This document shows, in pieces, positions 33,644 through 50,194 of a stretch of 64,000 nucleotides of DNA. The stretch comes from the human T2T-CHM13v2.0 reference genome, Homo sapiens. The notes under the pieces were generated by a model. It saw only the letters and a program-made list of their open reading frames with translations, made no database searches and was not told the DNA's origin. Within the stretch, counting starts at the first letter, position 1. Every line of letters begins with the position of its first letter. A program made the position numbers and the translations under genes. The DNA is taken from the NCBI RefSeq assembly GCF_009914755.1, contig NC_060927.1; one strand, written 5' to 3'.

Positions 33644-33999
33644 TGCTATGGACTGAAAGTTTGTGTCTCCTCCCCAAAATTCTTATGTTGAAATAGAAAA
33701 CACCAGTGTGACTGTATTACGAAGGAGGTAATTAGCTCATGAAGGTGGAGCTTTCACTAATGGGATTAGTTCTCTTACAATAATAGACAGGATACAGCTT
33801 ACTTCCTTTCTCTGCTCTCTCTCCACCATGTGAGGATACAAGGAGACATTCAACCAGAAGGTTCCTTGCCAGACACCAGCTCTATCTACCAGAGCCTGAT
33901 TTTGGATATCTCAGGCTTCAGAACTCGGAGATATAAATTGTTGTTGTTTAAGCTACCATCTATGGCATTCTTCTAGAGTAACACAAACTTACAGAGGCA
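33644..33999 (+). mobile_element. MLT1A-type solo LTR
   Basis: TGCTATGGACTGAA...GGTGGAGC...AATGGGATTAG...CCATGTGAGGATACA...CA; 5-bp TSD GTTAC/GTTAT. Confidence 0.8.
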
Positions 34000-35504
34000 G
34001 TTATTTTTAACTCAACAATAGTGATCTACTAATTTCCAGCCCCTTTTTCTTTCGTATGTTTAGTCATTGGAATTCAACAAGGTTTATCTTTCTGTTAATA
34101 TTTATTTCCTTCCCTCCCCATTTCTCTTCTTGTCTTCCTAGCTTCCTTTCCCTCTTCTTTTTGTCCCCCCTTCTCTCTTTTGCTTTCTCTCCTTCTCTCT
34201 TTCTCTTTCTGATATTTTTTCCATTTAACCTAATTCAATATTTAGCAATGTCAGACTTCTATAAAGGTTAGAATATTTTGAATAACTATTCCAATTTCGT
34301 TAGGAATGCAAACAATGCTTCAAATTGCCTATTAATATTAACATATTTATTATTTATATTAATACTTATTATTTATATCTTGAAAATAAGTATATTTTAG
34401 ATGAGTAGATTATATCACTAAGCTTTTATTTTTTCCCACTGGATGAATCCTCAATAAAGACAGAAGAATAGGAATATTAAAAGATTAATTACTGTGTAAT
34501 TAGTGTACTGTGAAAGGCAAAATGTACTGGCTTAAGTTTTTGCTGAACTGACGTGCATTACTAATTTTCATATATCTTGTTTCTATTATCTGATTAATTT
34601 GCTCTTATACAGAAATTCAATAACTTAGTAAACAAAATTAACTAAAAGGAGCCTAAGTCAATTAGTGAAGTTATGAACTTCGGTCATAGAGAATATTTTG
34701 ATTTATTAATGACATTTAACTTCCCACATCACCACCACCCCACTACACACAGTTTTTGTGAAATTTCCGGACTAGTTTCCATTTCCAAGATTTGAAACAA
34801 GATATTTATATGATAACACATCTACCAAAGTAAGAATTAATAACTTTTTCGTGAAAGAGAATGGAAAAGGCTGCAAAATATTTGGAGCAGGTGGATGGCA
34901 TGGCTATTCATACCTCGAAAAGTTTTTGTAATTTTCATTGGAACATTAATAGAAATGGAGTGAGATGTATACAGGGAGCCAGATATATGACAGTTGTAAT
35001 TGCTCAGAAAAATAAAGGTCAAGGTAATCCACATTAGAGTGATGATGCTGGGGATGAATAAGAGGGGTATTTAATATGAACAGTGGTAATATTGATTGAA
35101 CTTGCTGATTTTTTTTTTTTCATGTGGAAATATGATTGAAACAGAAAAGTAAAAGAAACTTGTTTCTAGATTCCTGGCTTGGGAAACTGAGTAACAACTG
35201 GATAAATTTCTAAAAGAAATAATTCAGGAAGTGAATCCATTTCTAGAATATCTGCATTTACTTTCTTTTCCTGTAATCATTAATTCACAATTGTTTATTA
35301 AGCGCTTCTTGGAAGAGGCTTAGGTCCATGAAGGGAAAATAAAATCAAATATGTTGTTCTTTGATTCAAGTTGTTTTCTATTTAATTGCAGTGATAAAGT
35401 AAATAATAAAATAGTATGCTTTTTAAAGTAAATTGTAGAAAATGTTATTTTGAAGGGTCAGATAAATCCTTATAAGAGTTCAGAGAGGAGAAGTGGTACT
35501 TTAG

Positions 35505-36265
35505 GGAAACACTTTGTAAACTTACTCTGTTAATGGCCATGTACTAAGTGTTTTGGCTTTGTAAGCCAAGAAGCAAAATTAAGACTGTTGTGTAGACATG
35601 CTTATATCAACCGAAGAAAACAAATTTCCACAAATAACTTATTGTTAAAAATCCAAAAGCATCATTGTATTAGTCATCTTAGGCTGCCATAACAAAATAT
35701 CACAGACCGGGTGGCTTAAATAATAGAAATTTATTTTCTCACAGCCTGGAGTCTGGAAGTCTAATGTAAAGGTACTGGCAACTTTGGTTTCTCCTGAGAC
35801 CTCTCCTAGGTTTGCAGATGGCTGCCTTCTGGCTGTGACTCCACATGGCCTTTCCACCGTATGCTCACCCTTCCTTTTCTTAAAAGGACACAAATGCTTT
35901 GACATTAGAGCTCTGTCTTCATTACCTTATTTAACCATAATTACCTCTTTAAAGACCCTACCCTATCTCCAAATGCAGTTGCATTGGGGGTTATTATTTC
36001 AATGTGGGAATTTTTTGGGAAACACAATTCAGTACAAAACAACAGCAATGACAACAATAATGACTGAGCAAAACTTTTGTAATACAAGTCTGCCAATGAG
36101 AAGAATAGGAGTATTGGGGGATGGATAACATTTTTGCTCAATTACAGTTCAAAGTTAGGGTTTCCTATATTGAAAATTGATTGCAAAAGTTAATATGTTA
36201 ATGCTCATCTGTAATGAGATTGTTTTTCATCTTTAAAAATATCTTTTCACAAATAAGTTACACAT
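35505..36265. mobile_element. Cheshire/MER58-family hAT DNA transposon end, split by MLT1
   Basis: GGCTTTGTAAGCCAAGAAGCAAAATT...GAAAACAAATTTCCACAAAT, resuming after 36041 with TTTTGTAATACAAGTCTGCCAATGAGAAGAAT...ATCTGTAATGAGAT. Confidence 0.7.
35666..36041 (-). mobile_element. MLT1A/B-type solo LTR
   Basis: TGTATTAG...GGCTGCCATAACAAAATATCACAGACCGGGTGGCTTAAA...ACACAATTCAG...AACA. Confidence 0.85.
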
Positions 36266-37336
36266 GTAATATTAGAAATGCCGAATTATTCTTGTCTCAT
36301 TGAGATTTGTAATGTAAGAAGGAAGGAAGGAGGAAAGAAAGGCAAGCAAGCAGGAAGGCACAGGAACAGAACAGAAGAACGTGGTAATTTTAACAAGCAA
36401 TTTTTTTCCCGTCTCATTGCAAGCACCATTGAGTCTGCATTGTTAGAACTACTAGCAGAATATTGAAAAGTGAATACATTATCTAATATAATTAAATTAC
36501 TAAGAGTTAAATGGATCCCTGACTCCAAATGTATTATAAGTATAAATTAAGAAAGGTAATGTGTAATAAAATTGATTAGCGTTAGAAGCTGAAATAATAT
36601 AAAGATATAATTCTAGTCAGATCCCAAATGTATCTCTACACAATATTTCTGCCAGGTGATCATCTAAATGAGCAACACCTGGTTAAATGAATTTTTAAGT
36701 GTTCTCTACCCTTTTCTTTTTATTACATTCCCTTTTATTCTCATGCTTATAAAAATAAACTTGTTTTTTATTCTTATTCCATTTTTATTTAGGTATAGTT
36801 TTTTTTTTTTTACATTACAGTAGGTACATTAGGTAAAGCGTTTTTTTTTAAATTTATCAATGGTCATGTTTTTATTTCTAACTCCACTTTGCAACCCCCA
36901 ATGAAATTCAAAAGTTACATAAACTATAATATTTATCATAAGCACAATTGAAGTTGAGGTAATTAATAAATGAGGTAAATAATGTGGCTGAATACTCCAT
37001 GAAGTGATTATTTAGCCTTGATATTTATTGAAAGAAAATCCACCAAGAAAAAAAAAGCACAGAACATGTGGTGCCAAAGGGGCTATATCTAACATAGTTA
37101 ATTTTTGCTTTTAGTCAAACAAACATACTCCAAATGTTTTACTGATTACTAATTCAAAACAGTATTTTTTAAAAAGCAAAAGGAGCATAATGTATGCCAT
37201 TAAAATTTTTCAAAGTGCAATGCATTTTTCAATAGTTTAGTCCTATTTTTAACAACCAAATACATTTTATTGAAATTTGCAATTGCCACTCTCATAGTCG
37301 ATAAAACTTGTTAGATTACTGTAAAATGTATTATAT

Positions 37337-38884
37337 TGAAGGCAGCTCTAGGCCACCTGGAACAGCTGCTGCCATCATGCTTGCTGCAGCAGGGAGGCAT
37401 GGCTGGGGCTGCATGCTGCATGGAGTTGGTGGGAGCCAGGGACAAGCAGGATCCCCGTCCCTTCTGAGTTGGGGCAGGAGCTCCCTGGGTGTCACTGCAG
37501 CTGCCCAAGCCATGACTGCGGACCTGGGCATCCCTGTGCTCTTGGACCCCAGCAGCAGGTGGAAGTCCAGCCCTCCCATGTGCAACTGCAGCTTCCCAAG
37601 TCAGGGCTGAACACCTGGACCTCCCACTCCAAGTCCATGGAGCAGGCAGGAACCCTGCCCTTCCAAACACAGCTGCAGACACCCAAGCTGCATCTGTGAA
37701 CCTAGGCATCTCTGCACTCTTGGAGGCCCAGGAAGGTCCCCCTTGCCCTTGGAGGCTTAAAAGTCCCTGCTCAGGCTACCTGGAGTCTCCCTGCTGTCAG
37801 AGCCCACTCTAATATCAGAGCAAAGTTGGGGCTGAGCCCAGCACTGTAGCAGCCTGGCTGGGTGTGCACACCCCCAGGGAAGTGCTGACATGCCAGGCCC
37901 CTGCTACCTTGGCTTCCTCTGGACTTTGGGTGCTGAGGAGCATAGGAGTGAAGCTGAGGTGGTGCTGTGGGCAGCTCAGTGCCAGTCTGCAGGTGCTCCT
38001 TGACACCTACAGCCTGAGCACCATGAATGGCAACAGGAGCCAGACAGGTTCCTGGGTGGAAGGGAGCAGGTCCCCAGTGAGTGCCCACCTTCAGGCCAGG
38101 GAGGACCTGAAGTCCTCCAGCTGCCAATCCCACTAAGCAGAGTATGAACTTGTGGTGCCTTTTTTGGGCCTGCCCATGGCCACCCATGGACCAATTGGCA
38201 CAGACTTCCTCCCCTGTGAGGCCCATAAAAGCTCCTGGCTCAGCCAGAGCTGAGCAGACATCAGGACTACCATCTCTAGAGAGGAGGTACCCACTCGAGG
38301 ACCTCCTCTCTGCTGAGAGCTACAGAGACAATGGGACAATCTGCCTGCAGAGAGGAGCTTCCCACTCAAGGGTCACCTCTCTTGTAAGGGCTGAACATTC
38401 ACTGGGAGACCCTGGCTGCAGAAAAGAGCTACCCCCTCCACTTATCTGTGTACCTCATTCTTCCTGGAGGCAGTATCTGTTGAATGGCAGGGCTAAAAGA
38501 GCTGTAACACAAACAGGGCTGAAACATGTCCCTTGCTCGCCATGCTGTGGGTGAAGAGGACAGAAGAGCTACAGCCCTTTGGAGAGCTGAGACTTGGGAG
38601 TTCCGTGAGTTAGGGCTCTGAATTCCTTTTTGGGGCCCTGTGGTTCCTGAAATCTCCAAGCTTCTGGGCACCACCATGTTCCCTGGTGCAAGTCATTGAA
38701 GCTGCTTGCATTGCACTTGGTCTAGCTGTAGCGTCATAGAGAGCTGTCACCCATTCTGGAACCTGGAGCTGCCCACCACATTGCAGCAGTTGGCGTGTCT
38801 GACTGTGCAATGGCCAGACCCCACACTTGCTCACACACCCCTCACCGCTCCATGCCTGACTCACCCTTAGCAGGCATGGAATCT
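37337..38884 (+). mobile_element. MER52(A)-type ERV1 LTR, 3' end missing
   Basis: GC-rich block starting TGAAGGCAGC...GCTGCCATCATGC...GCAGCAGGGAGGC...GGGAGCCAGGGACAAGC; includes CCAAT, CATAAAA and ACTAAAAGAGCTGTAACAC-like motifs. Confidence 0.85.
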
Positions 38885-40604
38885 TTTATGGTTTATAATA
38901 AAATTGTGAATCTCTTTACTAATAGAGTTGGAAGAAAACAACAATATGTCATACTATTTCATTTCAACAAGGGACATGTAAAGGCTTTCCACCATTGTCA
39001 ACATTTATTATTTTATGACATATCGTGGAGAGCTTCTAATCATTAGAGATGAAAACAAATAATCACTGAAAATTATATTGTTGAAATGTATAAATGTAGA
39101 CATAAGTTGCCTTATGAAAATGTGATGCAAGTTATTACACAAGATCACAATCCTTTGAAACTTAAAACATTTCAAATTCCATTTGCATTTATAATTTATA
39201 AATTTAAATTTTAAAAAAATAAGAAAGTTTAACAGAACTTTAGAATTCTGAAATATAAAACATATTAAGACTTAATAAATAACTGTATTTAGAATGTCTG
39301 TATCTTATGAAGCACATTAAAAGTCATTTAATGCCAGATGTCACATGATTATTATATCTTCTATACACAGCTTTTGTCAAATGATCATCCCAGCGATTAC
39401 ACAGAGTAATGAAAATTCAACATCTATCAAGACATCACATTCTACCTTTGAAAAACATATTATTTCAAGCTTATTGTCATTTGAAAAAATAAGAAAATAG
39501 TACATAGAAAATCTCAGAAAGAATACAAGTTTTCTATAGCAATTTGAAACCATAATGTTATTCAGTCTTAAGAATGAGTAAAGGATATATAAATGGAAAT
39601 AATACTTTCTATTATAGGGTTTTAGCATATTTATTTATTGCCTAATAATATTAATTCCATATTTCTATATTTAGTTGGATAAATTTGAAAAACTTATTTG
39701 TGAAATTATGTCACATTATTAAATACAGTCTTGATATTTTATACTCTGATGAAATATTTCTATCTTTTAAAGCTTAATGCAGTATTCAGTTACATTATTT
39801 TCATACTACAATAGTATGTGATACAAATTAGGCCAGATATAAATAATTGTTCAGTAGATAAATGCCAAACTTACATGATTTCAATTATATTCACATTACC
39901 CTCATTTTTAATTCTTAATTAATTTTTAAAAGCCTAATATTGTAGAAAGTATTTAAGTTTTTCAATGGCATCAAGTATTTTCTACTGATTATAAAAGCAA
40001 CATGTTATTTTTAGAAAATTATTGCTTATAAAAATCTACACAAAAATTAATCTCCACCCAATTATACCCTCTATTAGTATTTTTTACCTTTAAATTTTGA
40101 GTTAAATTATGTGGGCTCTTACCATTTTATATGTATTTATACCACTTTTCTAATAATAAGTTACAAGAAAGAATATGACAGCTTCTATTTTTGTCTATAT
40201 AATGCTCTATAGTGAATGCTACACAATGCACTCTCAGTTACATCTCAACTTTTATTTGCAATCTTATTCCCCAGTACTCTTTTTATGTATATAGTACTCT
40301 ATGGTAATTAGAACTTATTCTTCAACCAACTTTAGATATTCTCTACCCTGTATTTCTAAACCATGACCCACGGCACACTGTTTTGTTTCTAAGATGTCTG
40401 TTGCAAAGAGTTACAATTATCATTATAATGTGAAATTTTACATAATACCACAACATAAAATAAAGGGCAATTGTTCATTCAGGAGATTGTACATGCTGTG
40501 TGGTGTAGTGTAATGACAGCTGAGAATCACTGTTTCATAGTGTCATTCTTCTATTATCCTAAATAAATGTAATATTCAAAATAAAACATACTTATTCAAA
40601 CTTT

Positions 40605-41095
<491 letters not shown>

Positions 41096-41635
41096 TTTAA
41101 TGAAAAGCAAATTTCTTCATGAGTATGCTATAAAATTGAGCTTTCCATTCAAAGAGCTAAAGTTGTATTAGTCTAACTACATATTTCATATTGCTATAAA
41201 AATGTTTTCCTTCTTTTAAAACTTTAAAAAAATAAATGTGAAAATATTGGGATTGTGTATAGAAAACAACAGGCAACATGATCCATGGTACAGAAGGTAG
41301 GTGCAATAAGTAAGGAGAAAGAAAGATCAATAGACAAGAGAACATGTGAACTAAGATTTCTAAAAATTGGGTCTCCTGCTTAATGGCTGATTTGATTGCC
41401 TTTTTAAGTTTATGGGATGGTAATTTCCATAAGAATTGCTGACATTCACATCAGCATATTCAAGGAGAGTCAAATAAGATGAATTATTTTTTAGTGAAAA
41501 GGGACGTTACTGAGTTAGGCATTTATAACTGTCTTGACATTTAGAGTAATAAATACTGAAATAGGTAGCAAACACTTTAGTGTTTCATCTATTTTTGAAA
41601 AAAAAAAAAACTTTAGAAAAAGATTAAAACATACT

Positions 41636-42125
41636 TGTGATAGGAAGAATAATGACCCCCTCAAAGATGCACATATCCTAATTTTCAAAACTGGTAGATA
41701 CGTTAGGGTACATTGAAGAAGGAAATCGAGGTTGCAGATGAAATTAAGGTTACTAACCAGCTGACTTTAAAATGGGTAGCTACCCCTGAATTATCCAAGT
41801 GGGCACAAAGTAATTACAAGTGAGCTTAGAAGTAGAAGAGGGAGAAAAAAGGAGAGGTGAGTAATGAGACATGATAAGTACTTAACTTCTGTTTCAGACT
41901 TTGAAGACGGAGGAATAGGCCCATGAACCAAGGAACATGTATGTCCTTTTAAAGCATGAGAACAGATTCTTCCCTAGAGCTTCCAGTAAGGAACACAGTT
42001 CTCCAGACATCTTGGTTTTAGCCTTGTAAGATTTGTAATGGATTTCTGATTTATAGACTTGTTCTTTTAAGCCACTAAGTTTGTACTAGTTTTTTTTTTA
42101 ATAGCAGCAACATAAAACTAATACA
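41636..42125 (+). mobile_element. MLT1D-type solo LTR
   Basis: TGTGATAGG..AATAATGACCCCC..AAAGATG...GCAGATGAAATTAAGGTTACTAACCAGCTGAC...AAACTAATACA. Confidence 0.88.
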
Positions 42126-42519
42126 ACTTATTCTAAACAACTTATCCTACTATAATGAAGTACTTTTGGCATTTTCACAGTAATAGATTTTCATTCTAAG
42201 ATATTTTTCAATTATTTTGACCAAGAAGGAATTCTGAACCCAAAATATTCAATGTATTTTACAGAAATAAACCAATCAATTATAGACACCATCTTATTTT
42301 AAGTTTATAGATTATCTGAATTTTTCTAGTTATGCAAGGATGCATACATTTATTAAAAATTATTACAGAATGACTAGGAGAATAAGCTACATTTGAATTC
42401 AGATTACACATCTACTCAGTTATTTGAGATTAAAATATAAAAGTAGTTATATTTATACTCAGTTACATAGTTGTAAATATGATTTCATAATAGAAAATAG
42501 TGGAAAACAATGATGAAAA

Positions 42520-42650
42520 ATGATCATCTTCCATATATGAATGAGGAAACTGGGCCCAGTGAAGTTAAAGAACTTCTTAGTTATTACTTAGTCAATGTCA
42601 AACTTTAAACAATATTTCATAGTTCTTATTTCAAAGGTCTTTTTATTGTA
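42520..42650 (-). mobile_element. MIR fragment
   Basis: ATGAGGAAACTGGGCCCAGTGAAGTTAA core. Confidence 0.55.
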
Positions 42651-45280
42651 TCACTTGCAAAAACATACACAATATTTTCAGCTACAAATAATACATAAAT
42701 TCATTTTTAAAATACACTAAAATAGAAAGGGGAATAATATAAAAAGTTATCCTACATACCCCTAACTTTATTATCTATGTTTTAAGTATATACACTGTCA
42801 CTTGTTTCTTATACATGCTCGTAAATATTTTTATCACATGCACCCATATACATGCATAGATTTCTTTTCCCCAAACAAAGCACTCTGTACCTATTTTTGT
42901 GTATCTTCCTTTTTTTCACTTAAAATTCTTCTTTTTATGTGACTACATTGGCTGCATGTAATCTCATGACTATTGTAATATATAAATCCCATAAAATAGG
43001 TAACTATTTGGAATTTCAGTACACTAAATCCTAGCCAAAACAATTAAAAAGTAGATTCAGCTATTATAGCTGTCAAATGAAGACTCCCTGGAAGAAATCA
43101 TCAAAATAAAATAATCATGTTAAGCCAAGTTTATGCTCACTGTATTCCACTTTGTAATACACTAGAAGACCAACATCAAAAGTAGAACATTGATAAGGTT
43201 TGATTTAAGGCAGACCACTCAATGTGAAGCCTAATTGAGATTAGGCAAAATTTATGATATAATTGTTTAGAATTGATGAACACACCAATCAAGTCAATAG
43301 TTAAGTGATAGCTGTTATTTTGAGAAGTGCCCATTTACCCATATGACAGAAAGTTGAGTAGGATGTTGCTAATATAAATAAATTTTCAGGAAGTTGAAAT
43401 AAATGAAGTTATTGCAACTTTATTTTTTGAGCAATACTTTTCTGAAATAGTATCCATGTTAAAGCAAAGTGTTGATTACAATAATCATGTTAATATCAAT
43501 AATCAATTAGTAAATCCATGCTAATGTGGATACTAAGTTGTTTGACTGTAGATGGTTTTCATTTTCATGATCCAGTGGTTTAGATGTTGAATTACATTCC
43601 CAGCAATAATTCAGTAGGAGATATATGTCCCAGCCTTACTGTACCTCAGACTGTTTCAACTTTTTGTTAGTGACCTTGGCTTGCATAGCAGTCTCCATGT
43701 GGATGTTGAGCATGGTTTATTTGGTTGGTATTCAGCATTTTCTACTTTCCTTTAAAAAGGGGGAGAGAGGCACTACATTTCACATGAGACTCTACAATGA
43801 CTATATCTTTCTCTCTCTCTTCACTTGTCTCTAAGGCCTGAGTCACAGTCAGCTCCTGTTCATTGGTTAAGGTCACTGGAAATTGAACTGTAGGTGACCA
43901 CTCTACATGTTTCACCAGATTTATGTCATAGAATGAGCTACTCTATTAGCATCCTACTTTCAGAATATTCAGATGATGATTGACGTTTCCAAATGCTCTC
44001 CTCCCTCTCCCACATGGATACAGAAAAACAAATTCAGAAATCACATATTAAGAATTAACTCAGCATTTATTGTTCTGGTGGCAACACATGATACGTGCGA
44101 GGTCGGGTCGGGGAGCTAGAGATTCAGTAATTCTATATAACCAGGCTTCCTATCAAGCATACACAAATTTTACAACAGTTTCTCTTATAGAGCATTTCTT
44201 CAACTTGACTTCCCTCTTTGGAAAATGGAGAAAAATAAATCTCTTTCTTTTCTCCTCTAGAATGAAAAGAAAGTACTCCTAATTCATTCAGGAACCTTTC
44301 TCTTGATTACTCAAAAGGCTCAAATGCACATCCTTTTACTTTACATTTCCTGGAATTTTTCCTACAATGGATTGGAAGTGGGGGATGCTATCTGTAGTGA
44401 CTATAGTAAAGTACCAAGGTCAGTTCTTTAGCTGCTGAGTCGTTTTGGGTCACAGCATCTTGATCCAATTGGTTTCCCTCTTTACATCATGGGTTTTTTT
44501 TAGTGCCTTGCAGACTTCAACTTCACATATAGAATATGGAATGTATAGAATAATATCTTTATAAAGTTATAGTATACTACAGATTAAGGACTTTAAAAAT
44601 TTATTCAATAGTAATGATAAAATAATATGCATTCCTTGCTTATTGATTCTGAATAATAGTTTGTTCACTTTTCTCCTATTTGTTTATATTCACATATGAT
44701 TACCTTTCTAATTTTCTACTAAGATAATCTATTTTCCTTGCTTTTAAGAGTGTGTTTCTAACAATAATTATTTTATATTACATAAAATACATTGCATTTA
44801 GTGCCAATGCTGCACTTATTCTAAAATAATAAAATGTGCCTGAAAAATTTGTAACAAGAAAGTGACATATCTTCTATCTCACACTGGCCCTGTTTTTAAG
44901 ATCCAGTTTAGGTTCTTCCCATAGTACAAATGAAATAAAAATATATATACTTATAACTACATTTATAATACCTAGGAGAATCATATTGCATGAAATAGAC
45001 TCATAAAATTCAAAGAGCAACTACTTTTATGATTTTTTTTAGCAACAGATAATTAACTTACCAACAGATAACATAAAATTGGTTTCCAAGCAAGAAAATA
45101 GGTGGACCTGGAAAGAATGTAGCTGTAGACTCAAGAATGAGCCAAATATTTCCTGAATATCAAAGCTAGATAGTATAAAATTAGGATTCTTTGGGCTCCA
45201 TTTACTATTCAATAAAAAATAGTATCCAAGGAGAATTTATTCTAAGAATATTGGTGATTTCCTGAAGCCAAAAATGAGAC

Positions 45281-45883
45281 TGTTAATGAAAAATGTCAAA
45301 CTCTGTAAAGTATTTGGAGATTTATTCTGAGCCAAATATGAGTGAGCAATGGCCTGTGACACAGTTGTCAGAGATCCTGAGAACATGTTTCCAAGGTGGT
45401 CGGGGTACAGCTTAGTTTGATTCATTTAAGGGACACATGAGACTTCAATCAAATACATGTAAAATGTACATTGGTTTGGTCCAGAAATGCAAGACAAGTG
45501 AAAGCATCTGCTTCCAGGTCATAGGTAGACTCAAAGATTTTCTGATTTGTAATTTGTTGAAAGAGTTAAGTTACTCTCTAAAGACTTAAGACTGTCTGGG
45601 TTAAGATAAGGAGTTGTGGAGACAAAGGTTTTACTTTGCAGGTGAAACCTCCAGGTAGCAGGCTTTGGAGAGAATGGATTGTAAATGTATCGTTTCAGAC
45701 TTGAAGACTCTGTTCTATCCTTAATTACAAAAGGGTGGAGGATGTAATTAGGCATGTCTAACCCCTTCCTTCCCATCATAGCCTGAATTAGTTTTTCCGG
45801 TTAGCTATGGAATTCCCTTGACAAGAGGAGAGGTGAATTCAGAAGGTTGGTAAGGGGGCTTAGAGTTTTATTTTTGGTTTACA
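45281..45883 (-). mobile_element. MER4-group (B/D/E-like) ERV1 solo LTR
   Basis: Reverse complement starts TGTAAACCAAAAATAAAACTCTAAGCCCCC and ends CAGAATAAATCT...ACAGAGTTTGAC...AACA. Confidence 0.85.
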
Positions 45884-47449
45884 GAACTATAGCTGGAAGA
45901 AGCTCAGGGAAATCTGAAATCGGGGAAGAGTACAGAAAGTTTCTGACTTTTCCTGAATTTAATGTTAGTATTTCTTCATGCTTTGCAGTGTCATTTTTTC
46001 TCAAAAAAGACCATCATTCTCCACATTGCAAGAGATGATATCTATAGAATTTAAATCTTATTATTATTTGAACTTTTATAACTTTTCTACAAGGCAAAGG
46101 TTATAATCTTTAATGGAAGATTTCATTTTCTACGTGGAAAAATCTCTGAGAAGGGACTCAATGGTCTAGTCTCACTTACGTTTCACTTATTCCCAGGGTA
46201 ACCAAGTTGTTTAGGAGGGCAGAGCGAAATAAGAACTCGACAGTGCCATACAGAAATTATTGGATGGAGTAGGAAGAAATGCAATTTAGAGATGAAAAGG
46301 AGAGCTACTCTGATTTAATAATAATAATAATAAAGGTAGATGTGAAATATGCATTATCCTATTGCTCTTGCCAGGAGTATATTTTGATTGAGAGAGCAGC
46401 AATAAAGGCAGGCAAACATTAGCTACCAATAAAAATAATAATAATTGAGACTGTTCTGGTACTGTGAAAGATTTGAAAAGGGTAAATATAAAACCATATT
46501 GCCCCTGTCTGAAGAAGCCTACTTGGAGTTAAATGACTGAAACACTAATTGTATAGTCAAATTATATGCAAATCATAGTAGGAATACAAATAAATAGTTA
46601 AATCTATTTCCGACATGAAAGATGAGGGAAGATGATTTTAAATGTTATAGATAAACCATCAGTTGTAGGATCTCAAAAAGATGTGTCTACTGATAAATAA
46701 TTTGTGACAGCATAAAATATGAGAAGAATGAACAATTGGACTATAGATGTCAAAATATCAAGGATTCATTTCACCATAACAAGGAGCTTTACATGAAACT
46801 GGAGAAGGCTAAAATTCATAATTTTGTTACTTGTCTATCCATTAGCTAGACCTAAGTCAGAGTTTTTATTATACTTATTGGTAAGCAACGTATCTACTAT
46901 AATTATAAAATCTCTTTTTGTCTATTTGCCATAGTTTAGGCAATGCTTTATCCTCTCCTTCAGCTCTCAAATATGAGCCAGGTAATAACTTGTGGTGCAA
47001 GGAAAGTACTCTCCTAAATCTCTATTGGTTAAACACTCATGAAAATATAGCATTTCCTAAATACAGTTAAATTCTGAAAAGTTTGAGATGCCATATACTT
47101 ACTAAAAGTCTGATAAGATTAATTTTCTTGCTACCTTATGGCTGACTAAATTCACCATGCTCTAATAGATGCCTCAGATGTTCTCTGTATTGCATGATAT
47201 ATACTTTCTTCTGATTATCCTTTCTACCTTAGCTCTCATTCTTATAGCCTCCTGTTTTTTGACCTTGTATTAACATATTGCCTTTCTCCCTCCACAATCT
47301 TTCTAGGTTACTCTTGAAAACTTATTTCATAGTTAACACAGACTCCATATTTCATTCTCTTCCCTGAAGTCTCCCTTTGTTCCCTGATATTCTAGACAGT
47401 GAAATCTAGACAGTGTTTTATTTTTGTTTCCAAGTTATGTGAAATGTGA

Positions 47450-48950
<1,501 letters not shown>

Positions 48951-49301
48951 ATCCTTTCCTGACTTAGTTCAGGTTTTAATATCCTGCCCTAGCCAGCCAC
49001 TGTTATCACCACTGTTACCCTGCACTATGCCCTCTTCACTCCTATATGGACATCACTAACCTAACCAAGTTATGTGGAACCTCTGTGTCTTCTCTCTGCT
49101 CTTTCCTGTATCTCATCCTAGTGGCCACCTGTCCCCATCCTCCCAACAAACAAAATCAGAAACTCACTTTACTTGGCCCCACTTAATAATCTTTGATGGA
49201 ATTATTCAAGACAGAAGAGAGGAAGAAAGAAATGGTTGCTTTTTACTATTTTTGTTGTTGTTGTTGTTGCTCCTTTGGTGTTTAGAAGTTATAATATCCT
49301 T

Positions 49302-49599
49302 GGCTGGGCATGGTGGCTCACGCCTGTAATCCTAGCACTTTGGGAGGCCAAGGTGGGTGGATCACAAGGTCAGGAGTTTGAGACCAGCCTGTCCAACATG
49401 GTGAAACCCCGTTTGTACTAAAAATACAAAAATTAGCCTGGCGCGGTGGTGGGCACCTGTAATCCCAGCTACTCGGGAGGCTGAGGTAGGAGAATCATGT
49501 GAACCGGTAGGCAGAGGTTTCAGTGAGCCGAGATAGTGCCACTGCAGTCTAGCCTGGGTGACAGAGCACGACTCTATCATAAATAAATAAATAAATAAA
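49302..49599 (+). mobile_element. AluSg-like
   Basis: Full dimer, GGATCACAAGGTCAGGAGTT, (TAAA)n tail. Confidence 0.92.
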
Positions 49600-50194
49600 G
49601 TCCTTTTTGTGAACACATAGAATTTACAAACTGCCTCCTTGATTTATCAAAATGTAATGTTAATTGATACATGTTTCACGATTTCTGGGTAATCTTAGAA
49701 CACTGGATTTCTTAAAACACTTAATTTCCTTTATTCATCTCTCAAATGGCATGCAATTATGTGTTTTAAGTTCCAGAAGACATTTTATATTACCTATACA
49801 GTCTATTCTGTTGAGATTTTCCCACATATTTAGTGCTCTTTATTCTTTCCTACACCCTCAACAATACATCTTTTGATCATTTTCCTTATCCTTGAAAACC
49901 ATATGTTAGTAATTTTTGATGCAAGTCTATTGTTAATGCAGGCTCTCAATTTTTTGTCAAAAAATTACAAGATCTAGATTTCTAGCTGTGGCAACTACTT
50001 GCGTTCTGTATTTTGGAAAATCTATGTATTTTTACACTGATTAACATTTTTAAGAAAGCCGTCAATATTCGCAATTTTTTTTTAAATACTCTATCTTTAT
50101 TTTATAACATTATTTTAAATGTACTTTAATGTAAATTTTAAAATATTTATCATGAGACTTTGAAACTTTATTGAATTAAACATGTTAAATTATG

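Noticed and set aside
37308-38864. Dense overlapping ORFs suggesting a GC-rich gene or CpG island
   Set aside because: Explained by the stop-poor MER52 LTR; CpGs are depleted and no protein motif is recognisable.
43070-43550. Possible ancient LTR
   Set aside because: Resemblance too weak to assign a family or boundaries by eye.
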